DNA from: an uncultured bacterium
GTDB lineage: Bacteria > Zixibacteria > MSB-5A5 > JAABVY01 > JAHJOQ01
DNA: 64,000 bases
Direction: 5' to 3'
Assembly (NCBI GenBank): GCA_965369655.1
Contig: CBDUQR010000006.1
Span: 1-64,000 of the forward strand
The notes under the pieces are model-generated. The model searched no databases and had not been told where the DNA came from. It saw nothing but the letters and a program-made list of their open reading frames with translations. The position numbers and the translations under genes are program-made. Positions 13,625-22,794 of the stretch are shown here, one piece after another; the first letter of the stretch is position 1, and the number at the start of each line of letters is the position of its first letter.

Positions 13625-15193
13625 CTACTTGGCATAGTCCACAGCTCGCGTCTCTCGTATCACCGTCACCTTGATCTGCCCTGGATACTCCATTTCCGTC
13701 TGTATCTTCATCGCAATATCGGAGGCAAGAATCTGAGCCTTCGCGTCGTCGATTTCGTTATGCTCGACAATGACGCGAATCTCCCGACCGGCCTGAATCG
13801 CAAATGCCTTCGCGACGCCCTTGAAGCTGTCTGCCACTTCCTCGAGTTTTTCGAGTCGCTTGATATATCCCTCGAGCGGCTCGCGGCGCGCGCCGGGCCG
13901 AGAACCGGAAACTGCATCAGCCGACTGAACGAGCACCGCGTAAGGCGTCTCCATCGGCACATCGCCGTGATGCGATGCGACGGCATTTATGACGGCGTCG
14001 TGTTCGTTGTAACGCGACAGGAATGTGGCGCCAATCTCGGTGTGAGTCCCTTCAGTTTCGCGATCAATCGCCTTTCCGATGTCATGCATCAGACCGCAAC
14101 GCTTGGCCAGAACATCGTCAAGGCCAAGCTCCGCAGCCATTATCCCGCATAACATCGAGACTTCTTTAGAATGCTGGAGCACATTCTGGCCATAGGATGT
14201 TCGGTAGTTGAGCTTGCCGAGAAGCTGAATGATATCATTGTGGAGATCATGGATACCTAACTCGAAACAGGCTTGTTCGCCCGCCTCGCGAGTCATCATA
14301 TCCATCTCCTTTTCGCACTTCTCCACTATCTCCTCGATACGAGCCGGATGGATCCTGCCGTCTGCAACCAGTCTCTCCAGAGCCATCCGCGCAACCTCGC
14401 GGCGAATCGGATCGTAACCGGAGAGTATCACCGCTTCCGGAGTATCGTCAACGATTACATCGATTCCGGTGCAAGTTTCAAATGATCTGATGTTCCTTCC
14501 CTCACGACCGATGATCCTGCCCTTCATCTCGTCAGTAGGCAGGTTGACGACGGAAACGGTCGTTTCGACAGTGTGATCAGCCGCGCAGCGGTAAATCGCC
14601 TGCGTTATGATCTCGCGAGCTTCCTTCTCAGCGGTGCGCTCCGCATTCTCCCTGATCTCTTTGATCGTAGCCGCAGCCTCCATTTTGGCCTGACCTACCA
14701 GATTTTCCATCAGTTGTTGCTTAGCCTCGTCCGAAGTCATCCCGGCGACTTTTTCGAGTTGAGTGTTCTGCTGATGGATCAGATTACTCAATTCCTCCTC
14801 GCGAACTTTGATCGCCTTTTCTCGATGGGATAAAGACTTTTCTTTCGTCTGGAAATCATGCTCTTTCTTGCTGAGCAGATCGACTTTTCTGTCCAGAGCG
14901 GTTTCTCTGTCGCTCAGACGTTTCTCTGCCTTCTGGAGATCACCCCTCTTACTTTGTATCTCCCTTTCCAGACTGACCTTAGACTTGTACAGCTCATCCT
15001 TTACTTCAAGCAGCAACTCTTTCTTCTTGAGTACTGCGTCCCTCTCCGCCTTCTCAATAACCTGCCGAGCCTCATTTTCCGCGCCAGCGATCTTGGTGAA
15101 TCCGGCCTTACGTATCAGCACCCAGGTTATCAGAGCGGAAAGGACTGCGCCTGCTGCCACCAGCAGTATCACGGTTGATATACTAAACTGCAT
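13625..15193 (-). CDS. rny: Ribonuclease Y
   Basis: N-terminal TM helix, coiled coil, KH motif KGRIIGREGRNIR, HD motif MHDIGK and C-terminal AIQAGREIRV. GGAGG RBS before ATG 15193. Confidence 0.97.
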   Translation of the reverse strand: MQFSISTVILLVAAGAVLSALITWVLIRKAGFTKIAGAENEARQVIEKAERDAVLKKKELLLEVKDELYKSKVSLEREIQSKRGDLQKAEKRLSDRETALDRKVDLLSKKEHDFQTKEKSLSHREKAIKVREEELSNLIHQQNTQLEKVAGMTSDEAKQQLMENLVGQAKMEAAATIKEIRENAERTAEKEAREIITQAIYRCAADHTVETTVSVVNLPTDEMKGRIIGREGRNIRSFETCTGIDVIVDDTPEAVILSGYDPIRREVARMALERLVADGRIHPARIEEIVEKCEKEMDMMTREAGEQACFELGIHDLHNDIIQLLGKLNYRTSYGQNVLQHSKEVSMLCGIMAAELGLDDVLAKRCGLMHDIGKAIDRETEGTHTEIGATFLSRYNEHDAVINAVASHHGDVPMETPYAVLVQSADAVSGSRPGARREPLEGYIKRLEKLEEVADSFKGVAKAFAIQAGREIRVIVEHNEIDDAKAQILASDIAMKIQTEMEYPGQIKVTVIRETRAVDYAK

Positions 15194-15278
15194 ACAATCC
15201 TCCACCCATGCCGAATCAGTCTCGGCGTGTTGGAACCTATCGTTGTTTTAAGCAGAACCGTGGATCGCAGGGGACTTC

Positions 15279-15629
15279 TTACGAACCGGAAGATGCCGAC
15301 ATGAGTTTCTCGTCCAGTCTTTCGATCAGACTGTCCGCCTGATGGCTTATTCGGGACAATTCGTCCTCGTTGTTCTTTCTGAGCTTCAACAATTCATCGG
15401 TCACATTGAGCGCAACCAGCACGGCTACATTCTTGGGTGATCGATTAGCTGATCTTTCCGCCATCTCACGCATCTTCTGATCCACATATCGAGCGACTTC
15501 GAGCACATGGCGCCGAAATTCCTCGGCTTCATGAGCGTCCTCAAACTCACTCCGAATCGGGTACTCTTCACCGAAAATATGTACTTTTATGACCCGGTTA
15601 TCATCTGGCATAGTTCTATCTATCTGCAA
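15279..15629 (-). CDS. zapA: Cell division protein ZapA
   Basis: Pattern 'VHIFGEEYPI...VARYVDQKMREM...VAVLVALNVTDELL'; pheT-zapB-zapA-rny synteny. The start may be ATG 15611. Confidence 0.9.
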   Translation of the reverse strand: MQIDRTMPDDNRVIKVHIFGEEYPIRSEFEDAHEAEEFRRHVLEVARYVDQKMREMAERSANRSPKNVAVLVALNVTDELLKLRKNNEDELSRISHQADSLIERLDEKLMSASSGS

Positions 15630-15662
15630 AAGCCTCTGAAACCCGCAGATTCTGCGACAAAA

Positions 15663-15691
15663 AAGCTACTCTTTTCAAACATCCTTGTCAA
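15663..15691 (-). promoter_or_regulatory. Internal sigma-70 promoter upstream of zapA-rny
   Basis: TTGACA-17 nt-TAGCTT on the minus strand. Confidence 0.55.
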
Positions 15692-15699
15692 GTCTTAAA

Positions 15700-15960
15700 T
15701 CAATTCATCTCGAGCTCGACCTGCTCGACCTGGCTGAGCAAAGATTTGAGACGATCCCTGACTTCGGATTCCTTCTGTCCGAAACTCGCCTCAATGCTCT
15801 GCCTCTCCGACTTCAGATTCTCGTTCTCCAGTTTGAGTCGGGTAATCTCCTGTGACAGGTCTGCATTCCTCTGCATGAGGTCCGCATTATTGCTTTCAAG
15901 TTCCTGTAATCGCAATACGACCTTTTCTATCTTGCTTTCGAGTTTTTCCAGTGCGTCCAT
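15700..15960 (-). CDS. zapB: ZapB-like coiled-coil cell division protein
   Basis: 86-aa all-coiled-coil protein 'LEKLESKIEKVV..LQELESNN' directly upstream of zapA. Confidence 0.75.
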   Translation of the reverse strand: MDALEKLESKIEKVVLRLQELESNNADLMQRNADLSQEITRLKLENENLKSERQSIEASFGQKESEVRDRLKSLLSQVEQVELEMN

Positions 15961-15971
15961 GATGTCCTCTC

Positions 15972-18353
15972 TTAGCTTCTGAGTTCGGCTGAGAACTTCT
16001 TACCCAGCCGCTCGATTACTCTCTTGTGAGTTACATCTATCTCTTCATCAGTCAATGTCTTGTCATCAGAACGGTATTCGAGACTGAATGCCAGGCTCTT
16101 CTTGCCCGCCGGAACCTGTTTGCCCTCATAGATATCGAACAGATCCACACGGCGGACCAGCTCTCCCCCGGCTGACATGATCTCAGTTCTCAACTGTTCG
16201 GCAGGCACATCCGCATCGACCACCACAGCGATATCCCTGACAGATGACGGGAACTTCGGCACCGGAATGAACTCGCGGGAGTCGGAAGCCAACTCGCGCA
16301 GGATGATCATATCCAACTCCGCCGTGAAAACAGGGCAATCAATGTCGAACTGATCTCTCGCCTTCTTCGATACTTCGCCACAGAATCCGCATTTGGTCCC
16401 GCCAAGGATCACATCGAACGATCTGCCTTTCTCATAGAACGGGTACTCCGCCGGTTCGAGCGACAGATATCCGACACGCAGCCCGTCGGTCAGTGCTTCA
16501 AGCACTCCCTTGAGATCGAAGAAATCATACTTGTGTATTTCTGTGTCCCAGTTAATAGTCTCTTCTTTCCCCGCCACTGCCAGAGCGAGCATATCTTTCT
16601 CTAACGGCAGTTCCGCGTCTGATGGCAAGAACACTCTGCCGATCTCGAAGAAGAGAATATCTTCTTTCCTACGATTCAAATTGTAAGACACTATGTTGAG
16701 AAGGCTGCACTGGAGATTCTGGCGCATCACCGAAAGCTCTACAGAGACCGGGTTCAGCATCCGGATATGATTCTCCAAGCCACTGACCACCTTGTCTTTG
16801 GCCGGATCAATTAAAGTATTGGTCAACGCTTCAGCGCATCCACGCGAAGTCAGCAACTCGCGGATCATCTCGTGGAATCGAGCTTCAGGTCGTTCAGTCG
16901 TCACAAGCCTCCCTGCGGCATTGTCCGCCGACTTGATACGATCCAGGCCGTATATCCGTGCGATCTCCTCGATCAGATCGATCTCCCTGGTCACATCCGG
17001 CCGGAACGTCGGAACAATCACTTCGAGCTGTTTCCCGGTCCTGACGCCGAACTCCAGGGCTGACAGGATATCTATCATTTGCGGAGTTGCGAGGTCTGTC
17101 GCCAGAATTTGATTCACCCGCGTCGGTCTCAGGTTGATCCTGACCGGCTCGATCGCCTTCGGGTAGCAATCGACCTGACCCTGAAACACCTTGCCACCAG
17201 TGTACTTTTGCATCAGATACGCTGCCCTGTCGCAAGCCTTCGGGACATTGTTCGGGTCAGCACCCTTCTCGAAACGGACCTGAGATTCGGTGGTCAGTCC
17301 AAGATGTCTTCGAGCACGGCGTATCGATGTTGGATCGAAGTATGCGCTTTCGAGCAGGATATTTTCCGTCGCATCGCCAACTTCTGATTCCAATCCGCCC
17401 ATGATTCCGCCAATCGCGACAGTCTTAACCGAATCGGTAATCAACACTGTATCGTCGGAAAGCGAACGCTCTGCCTTGTCAAGCGTCGTGAACTTCTCTC
17501 CTTCGCGGGCGTTCCTGACGAGAACCTTTGGCACAGAGAAAAGATCAAAATCAAATGCATGCAGCGGATGCCCCGTCTCCATCATCACCAGGTTCGTTAT
17601 ATCGACCACTGCATTTATCGATCTCATGCCGGTAGAGTAAATCTTCTTCCTGATCCACCACGGACTCGATCCGATTCTCACTCCCCTTATGACCCTGGCC
17701 ATATACCGCGGGCACTGGTCTGGATTGTCTATCTCGATCTCGACCTCGCCGGAAGCAACACTCTCGATCTCTTCGAGATCAATCTCGGGGAGATTCATTT
17801 TCGTGCCAGTCATTGCCGCGATCTCTCTGGCTATTCCAATCGCGCAGAGGCAATCCGGGCGGTTCGGCGTAAGGTCGAACTCGATCAACCAGTCATCGAT
17901 CTCCAGAGCCTCTCTGACAGATGCACCGATCCTGAACTGCCTGTCGAGTTCCATTATCACCGAGTGATCGTCAGACAAACCAAGCTCGGCCTCTGAGCAG
18001 ATCATCCCGTCCGACTTCGTTCCGAGTCTTTCGACAGACTGAATGCTGATCCCGTTTGGAAGCTTGGCTCCCGGACCTGCGAAAGCGACCTTCTGGCCCG
18101 CAGCGATATTCGGTGCTCCACACAGAGTCGTCAGCACAGTGCTGCCGGTATCGACCTTGCAGACTTTGAGCTTGTTCGACGATGAATGCGGTTCGCATTC
18201 ATCGACCTTTCCCACTACCACTCCGGAGAATCCCGGGAAGAGCGGACCGATTACATTAGCCTCAGTCCCTGACAACGACAGCCTGTCGGCGAGTTCATGT
18301 GCATCCCACTCGAAATCCGCAAGCTCTTTCAGCCAGCTATAGCAGAGTTTCAC
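15972..18353 (-). CDS. pheT: Phenylalanine--tRNA ligase beta subunit
   Basis: Motifs LTPNRPDCL, RPDVTREIDLIEEIARIYG and a C-terminal FDX-ACB domain (GKKSLAFSL). Confidence 0.98.
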   Translation of the reverse strand: MKLCYSWLKELADFEWDAHELADRLSLSGTEANVIGPLFPGFSGVVVGKVDECEPHSSSNKLKVCKVDTGSTVLTTLCGAPNIAAGQKVAFAGPGAKLPNGISIQSVERLGTKSDGMICSEAELGLSDDHSVIMELDRQFRIGASVREALEIDDWLIEFDLTPNRPDCLCAIGIAREIAAMTGTKMNLPEIDLEEIESVASGEVEIEIDNPDQCPRYMARVIRGVRIGSSPWWIRKKIYSTGMRSINAVVDITNLVMMETGHPLHAFDFDLFSVPKVLVRNAREGEKFTTLDKAERSLSDDTVLITDSVKTVAIGGIMGGLESEVGDATENILLESAYFDPTSIRRARRHLGLTTESQVRFEKGADPNNVPKACDRAAYLMQKYTGGKVFQGQVDCYPKAIEPVRINLRPTRVNQILATDLATPQMIDILSALEFGVRTGKQLEVIVPTFRPDVTREIDLIEEIARIYGLDRIKSADNAAGRLVTTERPEARFHEMIRELLTSRGCAEALTNTLIDPAKDKVVSGLENHIRMLNPVSVELSVMRQNLQCSLLNIVSYNLNRRKEDILFFEIGRVFLPSDAELPLEKDMLALAVAGKEETINWDTEIHKYDFFDLKGVLEALTDGLRVGYLSLEPAEYPFYEKGRSFDVILGGTKCGFCGEVSKKARDQFDIDCPVFTAELDMIILRELASDSREFIPVPKFPSSVRDIAVVVDADVPAEQLRTEIMSAGGELVRRVDLFDIYEGKQVPAGKKSLAFSLEYRSDDKTLTDEEIDVTHKRVIERLGKKFSAELRS

Positions 18354-19372
18354 AGGAACTGCTCCAGGAGTCTGAGATCATTCTGATAGAACCTGCGAAT
18401 GTCATCTATACGATACTTGAGCATACAAATCCGTTCGATTCCCATTCCGAATGCGAATCCGGTATACTTCTCCGGATCATATCCAACAAACTCAAATACG
18501 GCGGGATCGACCATGCCGCACCCGAGTATCTCCAGCCATCCGGTATGTTTGCAAAGCGAGCACCCTTTGGCGCCGCACAAAAAGCAGGAAATATCGACTT
18601 CAGCCGACGGCTCGGTGAACGGGAAGTAATTTGCCCTGAGTCGCATCTTCACATCCCGACCGAAATACTCTTTGACGAATGTCAGCAACACACCCTTGAG
18701 GTCGGCGAAAGTTACTCCCTCGTCGACATATAACCCTTCGATCTGGTGAAAGACTATGTTCGCTCTCGAAGATATTGCTTCATTGCGATAGCATTTACCC
18801 GGAGCGATAATCCTGAGCGGCGGCTGCCTCGATTCCATCGTCCGAATCTGTACGGGAGAAGTATGAGTCCTCAATACAACATCGTCGGATATATAGAATG
18901 TGTCCTGCATATCGCGAGCAGGGTGATCCTTTGGGATATTCAGCGCTTCGAAATTGTAGTAGTCGGTTTCGACGTCAGGTCCGACTGCGACCTCGAATCC
19001 CATGCCGAAGAAAATTCGGCACATGTCCTCAATGGCTCTGTTGATCGGATGCAGCCTGCCAAGCTTCCTCTTCCTTCCCGGAAGAGTGTAGTCGAAATCT
19101 TTCTTGTAACTTTTCAAGATGAAGCGTGACTTCCCGTCCACTGCTTCCTTTAGCTGGTTCTCCAGTTCACCTCTCAGGATATTGGCAAGCTTGCCGATCT
19201 CTCGCCTCTCATCGGGGCCGAGATCCTTGAGACCGCGCAGTACGGAAGTCAACTCGCTCTTGCGACCGAGATACTTCACCCGGAGTTCGTCAAGCGAACC
19301 CTGAGACTCGATCGCAGAAATGTCGCGGGCAAACTCCTCCCTGATGGAGAGAATCTTCTCTTTTGCGGACAT
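18350..19372 (-). CDS. pheS: Phenylalanine--tRNA ligase alpha subunit
   Basis: Motifs HPARDMQDTFY, LRTHTSPVQIR, FPFTEPSAEVD and GFAFGMGIER. Confidence 0.98.
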   Translation of the reverse strand: MSAKEKILSIREEFARDISAIESQGSLDELRVKYLGRKSELTSVLRGLKDLGPDERREIGKLANILRGELENQLKEAVDGKSRFILKSYKKDFDYTLPGRKRKLGRLHPINRAIEDMCRIFFGMGFEVAVGPDVETDYYNFEALNIPKDHPARDMQDTFYISDDVVLRTHTSPVQIRTMESRQPPLRIIAPGKCYRNEAISSRANIVFHQIEGLYVDEGVTFADLKGVLLTFVKEYFGRDVKMRLRANYFPFTEPSAEVDISCFLCGAKGCSLCKHTGWLEILGCGMVDPAVFEFVGYDPEKYTGFAFGMGIERICMLKYRIDDIRRFYQNDLRLLEQFL

Positions 19373-19380
19373 AACGGGAC

Positions 19381-19734
19381 CTATGTAGCTTGCCTGACCA
19401 TCGACACCAGCCGCTCGAAGGCAGCGATATCGCGGGCAGCGATATCAGCGAGGGCTTTGCGGTCAAGTCCTATTCCAGCTTTCTTCAGTCCTGCGATGAA
19501 AATGCTGTAGCGCATGTCGAACATGCAACATGCTGCGGAAATGCGTGTAATCCAAAGGCGCCTGAAATCGCGTTTCCTGTTACGGCGATCACGGTAGGCG
19601 TATGTCTGGCCTTTGTTGACAGTCTCGCGAACCGTCCGCCAGAGTTTGCCACGGCCGGCATAGTTGCCTTTGGCCTGCTCGAAGACTTTCTTTTTCTTCT
19701 TCCTGGACGCTACACTATTTACTACACGAGGCAT
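19381..19734 (-). CDS. rplT: 50S ribosomal protein L20
   Basis: Motif YAYRDRRNRKRDFRRLWITRI. Confidence 0.98.
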   Translation of the reverse strand: MPRVVNSVASRKKKKKVFEQAKGNYAGRGKLWRTVRETVNKGQTYAYRDRRNRKRDFRRLWITRISAACCMFDMRYSIFIAGLKKAGIGLDRKALADIAARDIAAFERLVSMVRQAT

Positions 19735-19764
19735 CGATTCCTCCCGAATTTTTCTCGCTGATCA

Positions 19765-19962
19765 CTACCCGTTGGGCAGCATTCTACCGACCCTGCCCGC
19801 GTCAGCCGGTGACACGATTGCAGGCCTGCGGAAATTACGTTTGCGCTTGCGCGATTTCTTGGTCAGTATGTGACTCGAATAGGCTTTCAGCCTGCGGAAC
19901 TTGCCGGAACCGGTACGTTTGAATCTCTTCGCAGCAGCCCTGTTGGTCTTCATCTTCGGCAT
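19765..19962 (-). CDS. rpmI: 50S ribosomal protein L35
   Basis: N-terminus [21 protein letters not shown]. Confidence 0.98.
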   Translation of the reverse strand: MPKMKTNRAAAKRFKRTGSGKFRRLKAYSSHILTKKSRKRKRNFRRPAIVSPADAGRVGRMLPNG

Positions 19963-19989
19963 GATTATCTCCGATAATGCGAATTCATC

Positions 19990-20514
19990 CTATTTGGGCA
20001 TTACTATTATTGACAGCCGCCGACCTTCCATTTTCGGCTTCTGCTCAACAACAGCTATATCTGAAAGCTCCTCCTGGAGCTTATCAAGTATTTTTCTTCC
20101 GAACTCTATATGCGCCATCTCTCGTCCTCTGAACTCGACAAAAATCTTCACCTTGAAACCATCGAGCAGAAACTGACGCACATGCTTTGTCTTAAACAGA
20201 TAGTCATGTTCCTCGATCTTCGGTCTGTACCGCATCTCCTTGAGCTGGACCGTATGCTGCTTTTTCCTCGCGATCTTCTTCTTCTTCGAAAGCTCATACT
20301 TATACTTCCCGTAATCCAGGATCCTGCAAACCGGAGGACTCGCCATTGGCGAAACTTCAACGAGATCGAGTTCACGCTCATACGCCATTTGCTGAGCTTC
20401 TTTTACCGGCAAGACGCCGATCTGCTCACCATCCGGTCCGATCACACGAACCTGCGGCGTACGGATCCTTTCATTGATACGGATTTCCGGTGTTCTCTTC
20501 TTAGTGCTCCTTAT
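19990..20514 (-). CDS. infC: Translation initiation factor IF-3, probable ATA start
   Basis: Motif 'RINERIR.PQVRVIG..GEQIG...LDLVEVSP..PPVCRILDYGKYKYE'. The frame extends 23 codons upstream of the tracked GTG to ATA at 20514, 7 nt after AAGGAG. Confidence 0.95.
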   Translation of the reverse strand: MRSTKKRTPEIRINERIRTPQVRVIGPDGEQIGVLPVKEAQQMAYERELDLVEVSPMASPPVCRILDYGKYKYELSKKKKIARKKQHTVQLKEMRYRPKIEEHDYLFKTKHVRQFLLDGFKVKIFVEFRGREMAHIEFGRKILDKLQEELSDIAVVEQKPKMEGRRLSIIVMPK

Positions 20515-20518
20515 AGAA

Positions 20519-22483
20519 TCACTCCTTCCTAAAGGGCGTTATTTTACCACTAATCTCTTCGGTTAGCAAGGAAATAATCTCGTCCAGGCTCTTTGATCCG
20601 AGATCTCCTTCCCCGTGCCGCCGATACGAAACGCAACCCGCCTCCGTCTCGCGCTTCCCGACTATCAGCATGACCGGCACTTTCCGAGTCTCCGCCTCGC
20701 GAATCTTGAACCCTATCTTCTCGGACCTGGAATCGACCTTCGCCCTTATGCCGCTCTCGACAAGTCGATCACACACCTGCCGAGCGTAGTCATTGAGTTC
20801 ATCCGATATCGGCAGAACTTTGGCCTGAACCGGCGCAAGCCAAAGCGGAAATGCCCCAGCGTAATGTTCGACCATCACTCCGAAGAATCTCTCGAGAGAA
20901 CCGAATATCGCCCTGTGAATCATATAGGGACGCTTTTGCGTATTGTCCGAATCGGTATACGTCAGATCGAAACGCTCCGGAAGATTGAAATCGAACTGTA
21001 TTGTCGAACACTGCCATGTGCGCTTGAGCGCATCTCGGACATGGACATCGATCTTGGGACCGTAGAAAGCGCCTGCGCCCTCATCCAACTGGTAGTCGAG
21101 GCCTGTGCGGTCCAGCGCATTCGCCAGCGATTTCTCCGCCAGTATCCAGCGCTCAGGTTCGCCGACAAACTTCTCCTCCGGCTTGGTCGAAAGAAATACC
21201 TCGTATTCCTCGAAGCCGAAAACCTTCAGGAAATCAAGGGTTAGCTCTACCACGCCGACGATCTCATCCTCGACCTGATCCGGCGTACAGAATATGTGGG
21301 CGTCATCCTGTGTGAATGATCGAACCCGGAACAATCCCTGGAGTACGCCTGACCTCTCGTAGCGATAGACGGTCCCGAGTTCGGCCCATCGAATCGGTAA
21401 CTCACGGTACGAATGCAGGGAGTGTCTGTATATCTCGATGTGGAACGGACAATTCATCGGCTTGATCTGGTACAGCTCGCCGTCGACATCCATCGGACTG
21501 TACATATCCTCATGGTAGAAATCGGTATGACCCGAAGTCTGCCAGAGCTTGAGTTTGGCTATGTGCGGTGAATAGACCAACTCATAGCCGGATGCGACAT
21601 GCTTGTCCTTCCAGTAATTCTCGATGATGTTGCGTACGATAGCGCCGTTTGGATGCCACAGGACCAGACCACCGCCGACCTCTTCCCTTATCGAGTAAAG
21701 ATCGAGTTCCCTGCCGAGTTTCCTGTGATCCCGTCGCTTCGCCTCTTCAACCCGCTTGATGTAGTCATCGAGACTCACCTTGTCCGGATAGGAGACACCG
21801 TAAATGCGTTGCAGCATTTTATTCTCTTCGGAGCCGCGCCAGTATGCACCCGCAACCGACATCAGCTTGAACGCCTTGATCTTTCCGGTCGATGGCAGAT
21901 GGGGACCGCGACAAAGGTCCACAAAGGTGTCATGCCTGTAAATGGAAAGCGTCTCGTCTTCCAACTCGGATATCAGTTCGAGCTTGTAGTCTTCGTTCAT
22001 GTCTCCAAAAAGCTTGACGGCTTCGCCGGATGAGCACTCCTCACGCCTGAACTCATGGTTGCCCTTGATGATCTCGCGCATGCGCTTTTCGATCTTAACG
22101 AGATATTCATCGGTGAATGGCTGCGGCGCGTCGAAATCATAGTAGAAGCCTTCATCGATTGGCGGACCGATGGCGAGCTTTGTACCAGGGAAAAGATCGA
22201 GAACGGCCTGAGCCATCACATGCGCCGACGAATGCCAGAAGACCTCCCGGCCTTCCTTGTCGTCGAATGTCAGCAGGGTCAGCTTAGCGTCGGAATCGAG
22301 CGATCTGGTCAGGTCGACAACCTCACCGTCCACGCTCGCCGCGAGGACCTTTTTCGCCAGACTGTTCGATATCGACCTGGCGATCTCCAGAGCAGTCACG
22401 CCTGCCGGGAATTCTCTCGTCGAACCATCCGGAAAAGTTATCTCAATCGATTTCACCGTAACTTCTTTCATTTGCTCACCCAT
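20519..22483 (-). CDS. thrS: Threonine--tRNA ligase
   Basis: TGS domain, WHSSAHVMAQAV, RDHRKLG, KPMNCPFH and GAFYGPKID. The start may be ATG 22471. Confidence 0.98.
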   Translation of the reverse strand: MGEQMKEVTVKSIEITFPDGSTREFPAGVTALEIARSISNSLAKKVLAASVDGEVVDLTRSLDSDAKLTLLTFDDKEGREVFWHSSAHVMAQAVLDLFPGTKLAIGPPIDEGFYYDFDAPQPFTDEYLVKIEKRMREIIKGNHEFRREECSSGEAVKLFGDMNEDYKLELISELEDETLSIYRHDTFVDLCRGPHLPSTGKIKAFKLMSVAGAYWRGSEENKMLQRIYGVSYPDKVSLDDYIKRVEEAKRRDHRKLGRELDLYSIREEVGGGLVLWHPNGAIVRNIIENYWKDKHVASGYELVYSPHIAKLKLWQTSGHTDFYHEDMYSPMDVDGELYQIKPMNCPFHIEIYRHSLHSYRELPIRWAELGTVYRYERSGVLQGLFRVRSFTQDDAHIFCTPDQVEDEIVGVVELTLDFLKVFGFEEYEVFLSTKPEEKFVGEPERWILAEKSLANALDRTGLDYQLDEGAGAFYGPKIDVHVRDALKRTWQCSTIQFDFNLPERFDLTYTDSDNTQKRPYMIHRAIFGSLERFFGVMVEHYAGAFPLWLAPVQAKVLPISDELNDYARQVCDRLVESGIRAKVDSRSEKIGFKIREAETRKVPVMLIVGKRETEAGCVSYRRHGEGDLGSKSLDEIISLLTEEISGKITPFRKE

Positions 22484-22504
22484 AACAAAAACCCCCAGCA
22501 GGGG
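22484..22504 (-). terminator. Terminator-like hairpin between tRNA-Val and thrS
   Basis: Minus strand CCCCTGCTGGGGG followed by TTTTTGTT. Confidence 0.5.
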
Positions 22505-22508
22505 AACA

Positions 22509-22585
22509 TGGTGGGCGATACTGGAATCGAACCAGTGACCTCTTGCATGTCAAGCAAGCACTCTAACCAACTGAGCTAATCGCCC
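22509..22585 (-). tRNA. tRNA-Val(GAC)
   Basis: GGGCGATTAGCTCAGTTGGTTAGAGTG-CTTGC-TTGACAT-GCAAG-AGGTCACTGGTTCGATTCCAGTATCGCCCACCA: a full cloverleaf with encoded CCA. Confidence 0.97.
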
Positions 22586-22600
22586 ATCGCACGATTGGTT

Positions 22601-22629
22601 AAGTTAATTCACTCCTGTTATTCTGTCAA
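22601..22629 (-). promoter_or_regulatory. sigma-70 promoter of tRNA-Val/thrS
   Basis: TTGACA-17 nt-TAACTT about 15 nt upstream of the tRNA. Confidence 0.7.
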
Positions 22630-22794
22630 GCGAAAACACCTCTGGAACCGATGCCGACAGGCTGCCGAAGCAATTGTTGTCTCCATCAGTCAGTATAGAA
22701 CACCACATCTCCATTAACACTTGTATCGGTTCCAATTCGTATTTCTTGTATGGGCCGATTCGTGCGAAAAACCTTTAGCTGGATTCTGTGGATT

